Assembly (NCBI GenBank): GCA_964658305.1
Contig: OZ210885.1
Location: forward strand, 25,296,001-25,360,000
Source: Leptogorgia sarmentosa
Lineage: Eukaryota
Direction of reading: 5' to 3'
Length of the DNA: 64,000 nt
Part shown: piece by piece, positions 1 to 13,032 of the stretch
Layout: each line of letters starts with the position of its first letter
How positions within the stretch are numbered: the stretch's first letter is position 1
Notes under the pieces: model-generated
Database searches by the model: none
Told to the model about the DNA's origin: nothing
The model's input: the letters and a program-made list of their open reading frames with translations, nothing else
Position numbers and translations under genes: made by a program

Positions 1-659
1 ATGATAACTTTTCGCAACCACTGCCGACCAGCTTTTCTATTTTACGATTTTCTTTAGTAGGTATAGCAATAGATTTATAGGTTCTTATTGCCTATATGAA
101 AATAATCTATTCTTTGAATCTCTTTTATAATGAAAATTTATGTTCAAACTAACTTTTCGGACAATTTTTGCCCCAAAGTCTTCTGGACTTGAATTCTTAT
201 CAGTTATCATGCATATATAATTAATTCACTTTAATTTAAATATGACCCGGTGTTAAATGAATAATGCATGAGAAGCAATAATTATACTCACCATTCAAGC
301 AATTTGTAAAGAATAAAGAACACGATTTAAATAAATTAAAATTTTGAAGTCAAACATGTTGTGGTCACTGCTCAGCGGTTATGACAACACAATGCCTCTA
401 CGTCATGTTATTTTCACTGAATCTGCGATTTGGCTGTATGTGCTTGCCGATTCGTTTTTGCCAAAGTGGTTGCTTGGGTACCAAATTGGGGCACGATTTT
501 GATTGTTTAGCGTATACTAGTGTATACGGAATTGTGGTAAATATAACTAATAACGTTCTTCAAAAATTCGCCGAAAATTGAATCATGTAATCTTTTAGAG
601 ACGACTGATGAAGCGAAGTTCCCTCGTGTTGCCGAGTCAATCATCATTTTGCCGAGTCA

Positions 660-719
660 ATGGTGAATGGGAGGGGGGTGTGCCCCCCACACCCCCCCCC
701 CCCTCTGGCGACGCCTCTG
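660..719. mobile_element. Probable right terminus of a hAT-like DNA transposon (other end not found in window)
   Basis: Minus strand reads CAGAGGCGTCGCCAG followed by a G-run, and it cuts off the kinase reading frame at 720. No partner TIR seen. Confidence 0.4.
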
Positions 720-760
720 GATATGCTGAGAGACGACTGGCGTCTGGATATTCCCCTATT

Positions 761-3526
761 CAGTGTTTCCATTTGCAAGGATTTTTCCTTGCAAAAGGAA
801 TTTTTGCCCTTTGCAAAGACAAATGCAAGGAATTCAAAAACAGAAGGAATTGGCAAGGAAAAATGACTTTGCTGAAGGAATTTTCCAGGATATTTGTTAA
901 ATGTTGAAAAATAGTGCAAACTCCAGCCAAAATCTAACATTTTCGATATAATATAATAATGTAAAAAGTCATCAATGTACAATAAACGATCATGGAGGAC
1001 ATTGAGGGCATATTGGGGATATGTCATATATGCCACAACTTCATTTAATACTCCTGATGTATATAAAGTCCAGTTTCGCTATTTGTTTCTCTACCACTAA
1101 ATTTAAATCTACCGCTTTATGAATATGGATGTGATGATTCATGATTCAGATTCTTCTGTAAGTTCTGTGGAAGAACAACTTGAAGAGGAGGGACATGGCA
1201 GTAGTGCCACCTCCTCGAATTCCAGAATTAAACGTAAACGTCCCAAGCATGTCCAAGCATTTGTGGACAGTTGGTTGAGTGACAAGCAATTCGAAGGGTG
1301 GTTGTGCAAGAGAATTGGCAGAGGTAATACTTGCCAACCATATTGTAAGGTGTGTGACAAGTTTTTGACATGCTCAAAGACTGGTTTAAAGCGACATCTA
1401 GCCACATATTTGCACCAGAAACGAAGTGCAACAACCGAAAACACATCTACCATCACTAGTCTTTTTACAAAAGCTGCAACAAAAGAACAATCTAGTTCCA
1501 TGGAGATTAAATTATGTGCATTCATTGCGGAACATAATTTACCCATATCTTTGTCAGATGATATGCTAGAATTTCTTAAATCACTTTTTCCACTGGATAA
1601 CATTCTGAAAAACGTTTCCCTTGGGAAACAGAAAGCCACCAACGTGCTGCGACAAGTTCTTGGCTTCGATTATTTAAAGGAGGCAGTATCGACCCTGCGC
1701 TCCAGAAAATTCAGCTTTATCATCGATCAAACAACTGACAAGAGTACAGCCAAGCAGCTTGCTATCCTGGCGACATATTTTGACTTGGAAAGTTTCAAAT
1801 CCAAGCAGTTTTTGCTAGACATGATTGAAGTTGAAGATGGGACAGCAACAGGCATTTATACAGCAGTTAAGCAGTCATTTGCTGATTTGCATGTTCCGAT
1901 GAATAACATCATCGGTTATTCTTCAGATACAATGAATGTCATGTTCGGGCAGTTCAATTCAGTCGCTCAGCTTTTAAAAGCAGATTTTCCAGATGTCATC
2001 ACAGTGAAGTGTTCCTCCCATTTAATTCATTTAGCATCATCTCAAGCAGCCCTTACATTACCAAAAGGTTTGGAGGACTTGTGTCGAGATATATTTTCAC
2101 ATTTTAGCCGTTCTTCAAAAAGGCAGGATGCTTACGAACAGTTCCAGCAATTTTTCAGCGTTGAGCCCAACAAGTTGCTCTCACCAGGGGAAACACGATG
2201 GCTGTCGTTAGAAGCATGTGTGAACCGTATATTGGAACAATATATTGCGTTGCAACACTATTTTCTTCTTGTTGCCAATGAACATCCATCTCACGCTGCG
2301 GACCGCATTGTAAAGTTGCTCAATAACAAATTCACTTTGGCATACCTGGAATTCCTCAGTTTTCAACTCGAACGTTTGAATGATTTCAACCGTCTGTTTC
2401 AAAGCGAAAGGCCTCTGTTACAAAGCCTTAAGAATGAAGTAGAAGAGCTCATCAGATCTATTTCGAGTGATTTTATGGATATTCGTCATGTTAAAGTCAC
2501 CAATCCAAAGGACATTGATCCTAAAAATGTCACTTTCCATGTTCCACTGAATGAAGTTTATGTTGGTGTGGCAGCCACTGCAACTCTTGATGAAATAAAG
2601 GCAGGGACAAGCGAAGAGGACACTGACCTACATAATTTTATGATCAATTGTAGGAACTTTCTCATTGAAAGTATTGATCGGATCCAACGAAGATTTGATT
2701 TAGATGCTGAGATTCGTGATGTTGTCCAGTGCACATTGCCCCAAAAGGCTGCAGCCCGAGTCCCCGCTTCCCTAGCAAGTGTTGTGAAGAAGTTGCCGTA
2801 TCTAAATACTATATTAGATACAAAGAAGCTTGATGGTGAATGGAGACAACATGTCTTTGAAGAAAATCTTGGACCTGATCTCAGCTGGGAGGACTATTGG
2901 ATAATGTCAGAAATGCCAAATTGTCAACAGGAGAGCCAAAATACCCAAATCTGTCAAGATTCGTTGAAGTGGTAGCCTCGTTTCCATTCTCGAATGCAGC
3001 TGTGGAGAGGGTATTTAGTTTATTGAAGTGAATCAAGACTGATGATCGAACACGTTTGAAGTCTTCCTCATTGGTTTCCCTGTTACAGTGCAAGTTGTCA
3101 ATGAAGAATGGCAAGTACAACACAGCTACTCTTAAGCCAACGAAGGATGCAGTGGAGCTTTCATCCAAAATGAAGTCCAGTGCTACCGATGCAGAAGCTA
3201 AACAGTTGCGAAAGCAATTCCTAGACAAACTGTTTAGTTGAGAACAACCTTTTAGTGTAGTTAGTGTTGTGACTTGTGACAACTGCTACGCTTTTAGCCT
3301 TTTACTGTTTTACATATCATGTATATCGTACTGTAATTGTATAAATTACAAATTTGGGTTTGGTACATTGGTTAACAAGTTTTTATGGTGAAAAACATAT
3401 TAAAATAGTTTAAAATGTGTTTGTAAAATCATTCTTTTTATGGGCGTTTGCAAGGATTTTTTGCTGTTAACATGGAGTTTTGAAGTCGTGATAAAGGATT
3501 TTAAAAATTTGCATGTGGAAACACTG
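761..3526 (+). mobile_element. Full-length hAT DNA transposon
   Basis: TIRs CAGTGTTTCCA(TTTGCAA) at 761 and (TTGCATG)TGGAAACACTG ending at 3526. Perfect 8-bp TSD CCCCTATT at 753-760 and 3527-3534. Confidence 0.95.
1119..3241 (+). pseudogene. hAT transposase with a frameshift at about 2903 and a TGA at 3029
   Basis: N-terminal Zn finger (CKVC..LKRH..H), FIIDQTTD, SSDT, CSSH and TRWLS motifs. The C-terminal dimerisation region FPFSNAAVERVFS lies in the shifted frame. Confidence 0.9.
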
Positions 3527-5508
3527 CCCCTATTACAATTTTCATTACTAGTTGCGATGCATTTGAGATGTTTTCCCACACCCTTTTCATGGCGTAAACT
3601 TCAAAAGCAACACAACCTAATGCATACACATCTATGTATGCATCTGCCCGCTTTCCTTCCAGTGACTCTTTGTGTTGATACATTATCGTGCCGGCATTAG
3701 CACTATTTCGGGTAATTTGCTGTAGAGGTAAAAGCGCTCACACTGAAGTCGCAAAGAACTGTCTTACGTTCTTTTCTCAACCTGTAAAAATAAGAATTCG
3801 TATTATCAATGGTAAATTTTATTTAAAGATCTATGTTATTGTGAATAACGCACCCACAGATTCGTTTCAGGCAACAAAAAATGCACGTAAGTTTTAACAG
3901 TTAACGAATATTATTGATTCCAGTATATATACCAAGTGCTAAACATTACTGTTTGTTTGTTTTGCTACCCACATTGCAATGTGGGTAGCAAAACAATGAT
4001 CAATCCTGTTTTCATCAACATTGCAACAAGTTGTTCAACATGTCGGTATACTCGTACCAAAACATTTGCAGGCTTTAAGTCTTGGTGAACGATCCCTTCT
4101 GCATATAGATATAGACAACCGTTAGCAATTTGGTAAAGAATAAATGGTTTAGCATCACCAGCAATCTATAAAATTAAAGAGTGACTTTGCACATTAACGA
4201 GACGCAAAGATGCTCACACTTACCCCACCCATAGCAAAGAATACAAAGGAAGATGCGGCCTAACTTTCTAACTATCGAACATATGAAAATTGTTGCCATG
4301 AACGTTTTCACAAGTGAGGTCTTCCAAGTTCCTGAGTGTAATTTTTTGCATATATCATGCGCAAAGTTTTGAACTGATGTAACCTTAGCATACAGCCATT
4401 AAATTACTTTCGATTATCTTAAAGGTGTATTATAATTATAGACAAAATTGTTGAAAATGCATGTTAGAGCAAGTTCCTGCTCTGATTTTAATATCTAAGT
4501 CTAAAAAATCGATTACCTTCATGCATGTGCATGGAGGTTTCTAAAAACCACAAAACGCATGTCAAAAACGCAACGTAAATTACTGGGGTGAAAGTCTGGA
4601 TAAATGTTTTTGTTATATGTAATTGTTCTTGTCGATCTATGCATTTCGATTGGTCAATTATTGCATACAGATAAAACAAGTAATCACGCAACCTGCATGC
4701 ATGTTTGGTCTACGATGCAGAAAAAAGCATGCGTTGAAAAAGAAATAAATATAGAGTCTAGTTAGTAAACTAGTAAAATATTTGTTTCTTGAAATGTGCA
4801 ATAAAACAATTATTGAATTCGGTTTTTGTGAGATGCACGCTCACCTTCAGCTCAGCTGATAACACTTACCTCGACCTTGATATGCCGCATATCACATGCA
4901 TAAACCTCATCCAAAAATGATCTATTAAAAATCTTATTTTGCCAATTATAATTACGTCTGCAGCGTGCCTCCTAAAACATGTACTTTTTTTCTGCTTAGA
5001 TTATACAATTTGCATGTGCATGGTACCTGAAACACCGTGAAAATACAGCTACATAACCAATACAAAAAATAGCTAAAAAGTTTAGTTTGCACCGGTAGTA
5101 TTAATATAGTACCGTTTCGCATCAATTTGGAAAAAACATGCACAAATAAGTTTTTCAAAGCACTGGTCACAACTCGAACTTACACCTAGAAAAAAACGTT
5201 TATAGTACTTTTATAGTAGATTCATAGTACAACTCAACAACCAACCTTTTAATGTCATCGCTAGTTGATGTTTTGGAGTCCTAAAAATTTTGCAAAGACA
5301 ATTTTATAGCCATCATATAGGAATGGAAGATCTTGCCAAAAGCCATTTATTGAGTAAAAGAGCAGACATTCAAAATTATCACTAAAATCACAAAAATTTG
5401 ATACCTGCGTCACATTACTATTTCGTTCTTCATCAGTTGGTTTGGATTGACTGGCTGTCTGAGAAAACATAAATGATAGGTAAGGTGTTAACGCATATAT
5501 TTGTATAG

Positions 5509-5647
5509 GAAATTACACTTGTTCTCAAAGTATTAATGAAAAATTGCACGGGTGTTTGGTGAAATACCACGAGTGTGAAGCACGAGCAGTATTTCGCCAA
5601 ACACAAGTGCAATTTTTCATTAATACTTCGAGAACAAGTGTAATTTC
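5509..5647. repeat. Imperfect hairpin repeat, probably MITE-derived
   Basis: GAAATTACACTTGTTCTC.AAGTATTAATGAAAAATTGCAC and its reverse complement flank a short spacer. A second hairpin lies at about 5782-5838. Confidence 0.6.
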
Positions 5648-6049
5648 GTGTTAATATCATTGTAGTACACGTCCACTAACCTTTTTTGTCCAAAGTTAAC
5701 AATAAATGACAAAAAAAACAAGAATTTTGGCATTGATTTAAGCATTTATTTATTTGTTTTTACAATGTATTGCGGGCTCGAAACCGTGCAATTAAGTTTA
5801 ATTTGCACACTGTGCAAATTAAAGATTAATTTGCACAGTTGTTGAAGCTTTTTACCCAATCAGCGTCCAGGAAATTGACAACAATGATATTAAAGGACAA
5901 ATCAAACATTAAATGAATGCGATTGTATTTAGTACCCACGAATCTCGAAAACTTACCCTCGAATATTGAAAATCCTCTTCATTATCAGATTCATCCTAAT
6001 TAATAATATAATGTTTAGTAAAAAATTATCAGGAGGTAAGCAACAAGTG

Positions 6050-8082
6050 CAGCCTCGTCCCCAGGCGCTCTGATTGCTTTTTCTTGCGCGAAATACTTTT
6101 GCGTGTACGACGCGGGATGTCGCGCGAGGGCGAAGGGGAAGCGCCTGGCAGAAAATGCAAAAATCATGGCGGCCACAAGCAGTGATCTCTGTGCCGGCAT
6201 GGAACAGTTACAGCCTTTACTTGAAGGTATTAACAAGGATGAAAGTTTGTTGCTTGCCGATATGCATAGGCCGATCCATGAAGCGTGTACGCTCCAGAAA
6301 ATTTTATGCCCAATTGAAAGTTGTGTGAAAGATATACACTTTTTTGATGAAAATGGCATTGGACATCATTTTCGCGTGATACACAAATGTGATTTTACAA
6401 AGGAAAATCACCAAGAATCGTTGCGAATTTGTAAAATATTACTCATGTAAAATAAAATATTATTAATGATATGAAATTGTATAGTGCTAAGTCTTGTACT
6501 TACTGCGATTCATTATTTACAGTGATTATTTTCTTTGTTGCATCAGGGAAGCATTTTTTAACACAACGAGTAAGCATACTTTTATCTGCATCACACAATT
6601 GTAACAATTTCATCAAATCTGATTGCTTTACAGATGAATCAATTTCACTTGTAACCAAATGGTTGAGCTCTTGGCACATTAATATTCCCCTTTCTTGTGA
6701 GCTTAATAGTGGGTTGTTCACTGAAAAGAAGTTTATTGTAGAAATGTTAGTTTATTGTTTGTTAAATTACATAACAGGTTATGTCCTCGGCTATGTCTAA
6801 TATTGTAGAAAGGTCAACTAAGGCTCCTATGAACTTTTTGTACAATGATTCAATATTGTCAAAGTTCAAATTCCCTGTGAGTTACAGTATCCTTGTAAAC
6901 AATTTTCTGACAGAAGTGCTGCTGGACATTTTTTAACTCTATTCAGTACCAGAAAGATAATGGCTATTTGAGTTTGGGTCATGCAACTACAAATTGTTCA
7001 TATTATTAATTACCGTTATTTGAAAGATTAATTGATTTAATTCACATCTTGATAAAATTTTCTAGGGGGGGGGGGGGGCTCAGCCTCACCCCATCTTACC
7101 AAAAACTTAACAGCCATTCAACTGTTACCAACAGTGCGAAATGTGGATAATAGTGGAATATCTGGGCATTTCTAAAACACATACCTAGGCTAGATCTTTG
7201 ACTTCCAGCAACTCTTTTTGGCCTTGACTCCACTGCGGCTTTCGACTCTGGTGTAAGCAAGTGCTTTGAGCCAGGTTGCACATCCTGATCCACTACATTG
7301 CCTTCATCACCATCATTTGAAGCTATTTGGAAAAAGACACACTTGTCTGTATTGAAGTTGATACTATACAGGGATGTATAAAAAAAAAGTATACCCTTTC
7401 AAATTCAAATTAGTGACAAGCTATTGTATTAATTTGACAGCTCGAATTAATGAATGCGTAAGAACACAAGACTTGTACTCATGGGACAAGATTAGAGTTG
7501 TCAAATAATACAATCTGAATTTCAAAGGGTATACTTTTTTTTTATACACCCCGTACATGTATAATAAATGATAGACATTAGACAATATCATAACTATAAA
7601 TCGAATTTCAAACATACAAAATAAATATGTCTTTGTCAAACATTTTCGAGCACAACATACATATAAATTTGCTTGACTGGCTGCACTTTCTCTGTTGTTA
7701 TTAAACCTGAACTATGTGCATAATGTGGAAAGGCAAATACCTTAATTCAAGTCATTCAAGCACCTTGCACGTACACGTATGATCATGAATTATTAATGTT
7801 ATGCTCATTTGAATAATCAAATTACCTTTCAGACTCGTTCTCCTGACACTTTCCGTTAAGTCTTCCATCTTTAACTGAATTCACCCCATCGCGAGAGTGA
7901 ACAAACGAAAGAAAATGAGAATTACCGCGAAACTTCACTTTTTTCAATTTCTGCCGATGTTTTTTGCATTTTCTGCCAGGCGCTCCACGCTTCCCCTTCC
8001 GGCCTCAAGCGACATCCCGCGTCGTACACGCAAAAGTATTTCGCGCAAGAAAAAGCAATCAGAGCGCCTGGGGACGAGGCTG
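6050..8082. mobile_element. Non-autonomous TIR element with 9-bp TSD (MuDR- or AcademH-type by TSD length)
   Basis: About 115-bp imperfect TIRs starting CAGCCTCGTCCCCAGGCGCTC. Direct repeat CAACAAGTG at 6041-6049 and 8083-8091. No transposase motif recognised inside. Confidence 0.8.
7369..7553. mobile_element. Tc1/mariner-type MITE
   Basis: About 39-bp imperfect TIRs (C.GGG.TGTATA-An-GTATACCCTTT.AAATTCA) flanked by TA on both sides. Confidence 0.75.
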
Positions 8083-8456
8083 CAACAAGTGTATTTTATA
8101 CTGCTCGTGCAGTTTGAGCACTCTCTTGCATGATTGCGTTGAAGTCATATTGGACGTTCACTATTTGCACTATGCATTGCTCACTGCTCGCAGTTTAGGC
8201 ACTCTGGGACTCCACAGTGTAATAAATAATAGCTAATAATAAAGCCATTATGGTGATAACCGTGAGGGCACATTTTTATAGCTATATGTATATTTATCAT
8301 TCATAGAACCGGAGCGAGGGGTATTCGGCGAAATATTTCCTATTATACCGAAAAAATGCTTTAATAAAAAAGAAAGATCAGGTTCCGCTATATCCTGCCA
8401 GTTTGGAGAGCTAGAGCGTGGTTGTATCGCGTATGGTTACAACGGGTGATATTCTC

Positions 8457-8563
8457 ATCATTTATAGACCCGGAGCGAGGGGGATTCGGTGTAATATATC
8501 CCGAAGTGATATATTTGGGAAATATTACGCCGAATCCCCCTCGCTCCGGGTCTATGAATGATG
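8457..8563. repeat. Hairpin repeat with a partial direct copy at about 8317-8345
   Basis: CATCATT.ATAGACCCGGAGCGAGGGGGATTCGG and its reverse complement. Confidence 0.6.
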
Positions 8564-10530
8564 TATTATACTGAACAAAACATTTTTGCATCTTTGTTTT
8601 CAAGAAGTCTATTTATTTCTTTGTCTGAGTCTTGCTCTGCCGCCATTTTCCATAGTATGCTAAGCGTGTGTTGCCCACGCGTGAGCATGGGATACTATAA
8701 ATCCCACGGTAGATCCGACTATCACGTGGTACAAATGCTGGTTTTCATTGTACAATTTGAGGTATAATATTAAACCATATACCATGATCATATTCACCAC
8801 TGCTTTCATATACCACGCATAAGAGGAAGATTCGGCTTTGCACTGTAAATCACATGCTCACATGGTATAAACTAATCATTTTGATTGGACAATTCAGAGG
8901 GATGAGATTTCCCCTGAGGGATGAAATATCTCGAGGACGAAGCCCGAGCATATATAAGGATTCAAAAACTCTTTTTACCTTTTTTTGGTAATAAAATCCA
9001 AATGTTCTGCGTTTCCGGTTTAATTCTATATCTTTTGAAATCACAGATTTGCCATCAATTATCAACAGTTCATACTTTGCACTGACAGTTTCAAAGCTTT
9101 CTTTGTTACCAAGGAATACTTTTATACAAGCATCTATAAGCTCTTGCAAAGTGAAGTCAATGCTCACAACAACCTAAAGAGGCATCAAGATAAAGTTGCA
9201 TTACTTACTTGCATTACTTACTGGCCCATACAGTACTGCAAATGAAAACACTTTGAAACTAAATAAAATGGACCACATTAATCTGACAAACCTTTCTATA
9301 TGAGCCAACGTAATCCGTCCAGATTTAAACGTCTTCTTGCATGACTTGTAACATCAAGGACTTTTGACCGTTTGTGAGATCGTTTTCGGGTCTAATGAAC
9401 AACAAATATGCAACATGCATGTATGTGCATCATCTTATCAAGTTAACCATCAATATAATATTGGTATAGTCGTACAAAAAGTAATGAACACATTATACTT
9501 TAAAAAACTTTATAAAAATTCCTTACCACAACATCCGTTCTCAATGATTCTAGGTTTTGCTGTCTTTTTAATGAAACTTCTCTATGAACATCTTCCCATC
9601 CGTATCCTACAAATGTTACAATCTGTACACATTAGACTTTATGCAGTCCCAGTCTTTCACAATCATGTGATAGCCTTGGAACTTCTCACAGTAAGAAATG
9701 ACTCATCAATATTAGCCAGTGAACCAGTGAACTGGTACTATCTATTGGGCATTATAAGGTTGTGAAACAAGTTAGTTAACACGTATACTGTCAATGAATT
9801 TACATGCACGCATTCACGCCGTATTCCTTACAATAGTATATACGAGTGAGCTTCCCAATATATATATATATACCAAATATGCATGTAGAATCATATATGT
9901 AGGTTTGAAACTTCACTTACACCTTGCCATTTCCATGGTAACGTAGCGCATGCACATGTTTAGGGGTTTAGTTAGCTTTCGGGTTTCAATGTTATACAAA
10001 AGGCTGCACGCTAACAGAGCGAGAACGCTAAGCGAACTATTATCAAGTAACGTGGTCGAAAGATCTACTTTCGTTATACAAGTTATATTCACCTTGTCGT
10101 ATAGTTAGTTTTGGTCTTATCTTATTATCTATAGCGTAACATGTTGTCGTATTCATGTATATGCACGTTAGTCTTGCGCGCATGCCGTAATCTGTGTAAT
10201 TCTTTTCCTAATTGTATAGTTCGAACCATACTCATTCCATACCAATCCTATTAATCATCTATCTATCGATACCTCCAACCTTTAATCTCAACCTGCTATC
10301 AAGCTATATCGACAACAGAACATTCATTATTAACTGGTATTAAAGTTATTGTTTGGTGTGTGTATGTGTGTGAAGTTCGTATTATTGCTGCGCATCATAC
10401 TTGTACTGGCTCTTGGATATTGCGTCTTTCAATAATCTGCCCAGAGAGTCTACAATATATGAGTAGAGTGCTCGATATACCGTAGTATAGAGCTAATAAA
10501 AAGATAAAATAAACTTGGTTTACTTCATAA

Positions 10531-10780
10531 AGGCCTGATTCCACGGGCGGTATTTCTTGGCGAAATGCGAAAATTTTCGCGAAATAATTGTATGCATGTG
10601 TCATACAGGCAAATAAGATTTCTCTAGAAAAATTACGCTTCGCCATTGAGTAGAAGTCGGTTCTACTCACTGCGAAAGCGAAAAATGTAGGAGAATTCAA
10701 TAGAATCATTCATGTGCAACCATCTGCATTTCGCAGACACAGTTTCTCGCGAAAGATTTTGCCGTTGTGGAATCAGGCCT
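10531..10780. mobile_element. PIF/Harbinger-type MITE inserted in the inverted Penelope repeat
   Basis: TIR AGGCCTGATTCCAC / GTGGAATCAGGCCT with TAA TSD. The insert is absent from the other repeat copy. Confidence 0.85.
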
Positions 10781-10785
10781 TAAGA

Positions 10786-10843
10786 ATTCACTACAAATTT
10801 GTTTCGTATGACAAACAATGCTTGCCACACTCATCAGGTGAAT
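10786..10843 (-). ncRNA. Type I hammerhead ribozyme (inverted copy)
   Basis: Reverse complement of 12975-13032 with one G-C to G-U change in stem II. Confidence 0.8.
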
Positions 10844-12451
10844 TTAAATGCCTCGCTATGTTGTTGCCAAGGTTATATATACTATATACATGTTTGACGT
10901 AAACGGAATGCTCAAGTATTAGATTACATTATATATACAGATTATATTAAGTAATGTATATTACTTAAGAGAAATTTGTTTCTATGCCTGCATTTCGATA
11001 AAAGTTCGCTTCTTGAATTTAAAGAACAAAGTTCAGGGTGGTAAATTATAATGAATTTCTCATGTGTACAAAGACTGCATCGTTTTGTTGTGTTGTTCTT
11101 TTCAGCCGAAAGGAAACTTGGTGCAAGAAAGAGTCAGATAGCCTCTTTGATGTAACGATGGGCTGTTTTGATGGTGCAGAAACATGCGAGCTAGTTGGCT
11201 TATTCCTACTATCCAAACTACCTCCAGAGTATAGAAATGATATTGGTCTCTATAGAGATGATGGCCTTGCAGCATTTGATGAAAAACCGAGAGCAATAGA
11301 AAACATCAAGAAACAGATTTGCAAAACTTTTAATGAACACAATTTAAAGATCACAATCGAAGCCAACAAAAAATGTGTCAATTACCTAGATGTCACATTC
11401 GACCTAAGAGATTCGTCATTCAAACCATACATGAAACCAGGCAATACGCTCCAATATGTCCATCGTCAGAACAATGACCCACCCGCGGTTTTAAAGGCAA
11501 TCCCAGTTGCAATTAACACTCGATTGTCCAACATCTCGTCTGACGAACAAGCATTTGATTCAGCTTGTCCCCCATACCAAGATGCCTTACATAAAAGTGG
11601 TTACAACTACAAGCTAAAATACAACCCACAGCAGACAAAGACAAAACGCACTAGAAACAGAAACGCTATATGGTTTAATCCACCTTATAACTCAAATGTC
11701 AAAACGAATATCGGTCATAAATTCCTCCAAGCAATTAATCATTGCTATCCTATAAACAACCCTCTACACAAAATATTCAACAGAAATACCTTGAAGCTAA
11801 GTTACACTTGCATGCCGAACATCCATAATATAATTTCTGGCCACAATAAATCGGTAGTAAATAAGCGTACGTCAACAGATGCGTCGACTGCATGCAGCAC
11901 GAAACCAAGACAATGCAATTGCAAGAATAAATCCTCATGTCCACTGTCTGGAAAATGTCTAACATCCAGCGTAGTATACCAAGCAACAGTTGTTAGGAAC
12001 GATACGAACATAAAGGAATCGTATGTCGGACACACGAAAGGAGAGTTCAAGACAAGATACAATTGTCACACTAGCTCATTCAGATTAAGCAAGTACAGAA
12101 ACGCGACAGAGCTAAGCAAATACATCTGGAAACTTAGAGTCAAAGGTCATGTACTCTATAAGCTGGCGTATTATTAAACAATGCAAGAGCTACATCAACA
12201 CAACAAAACGATGCAGTCTTTGTACACATGAGAAATTCATTATAATTTACCACCCTGAACTTTGTTCTTTAAATTCAAGAAAGAAGCGAACTTTTATCGA
12301 AATGCAGGCATAGAAACAAATTTCTCTTAAGTAATATACATTACTTAATATAATCTGTATATATAATGTAATCTAATACTTGAGCATTCCGTTTACGTCA
12401 AACATGTATATAGTATATATAACCTTGGCAACAACATAGCACAACATTTAA

Positions 12452-12970
12452 GGTTACAGGAGACCCTACGCGCAGGTTTCGGGAGATTTACCATTACTCG
12501 GCGAATTTTTATCCAATTTCTCTCAAATTTTCTCCAAATATAGTCAGATAGATGAAAAAAAACATAGGGTTATAAAATATATCAGAAAGAAATAACTTTC
12601 CTGAATATTGTTACAAGTTTAAGTTTATGGGACCTTCGCGCGGCGAGCTATGTTAGATGTAGGTTTCACTAAAATCCTGTCAATCTATCATTTTTACTCT
12701 TCTCGAGTATTGCACTAAAAAAGGGTGTTCGATATAGATTGACAGAATTTTAGTGAAACCTACATCTAACGTAGCTCGCCGCGCGAAGGTCCCATAAACT
12801 TAAACTTGTAACAATATTCAGGAAAGTTATTTCTTTCTGATATATTTTATAACCCTATGTTTTTTTTCATCTATCTGACTATATTTGGAGAAAATTTGAG
12901 AGAAATTGGATAAAAATTCGCCGAGTAATGGTAAATCTCCCGAAACCTGCGCGTAGGGTCTCCTGTAACC
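12452..12970. mobile_element. Foldback MITE with TTAA TSD (Kolobok-type GG..CC ends)
   Basis: 237-bp near-perfect TIRs at 12452-12688 and 12734-12970; TTAA at 12448-12451 and 12971-12974. Confidence 0.9.
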
Positions 12971-12974
12971 TTAA

Positions 12975-13032
12975 ATTCACCTGATGAGTGTGGCAAGCAT
13001 TGCTTGTCATACGAAACAAATTTGTAGTGAAT
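12975..13032 (+). ncRNA. Type I hammerhead ribozyme in the Penelope 3' repeat
   Basis: Stem I ATTCAC/GTGAAT; core CTGATGA; stem II GTGTGGCAAGC-ATT-GCTTGTCATAC; GAAA; palindromic stem III ACAAATTTGT; GUA cleavage site after 13026. Confidence 0.85.

Larger units (their letters stand above)
720..4165 (-). pseudogene. Decayed multi-exon protein kinase gene, split by the hAT element
   Basis: AG/GT-bounded exon 4165-4058 encodes ...YQIANGCLYLYAEGIVHQDLKPANVL (subdomain VIb). The next exon from 3781 gives KTVLCDFSVS (degenerate DFG), AGTIMYQHKE and IDVYALGCVAFEV, with frameshifts. After removing the hAT the frame continues KIVIGEYPDASRLSAY. Confidence 0.8.
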
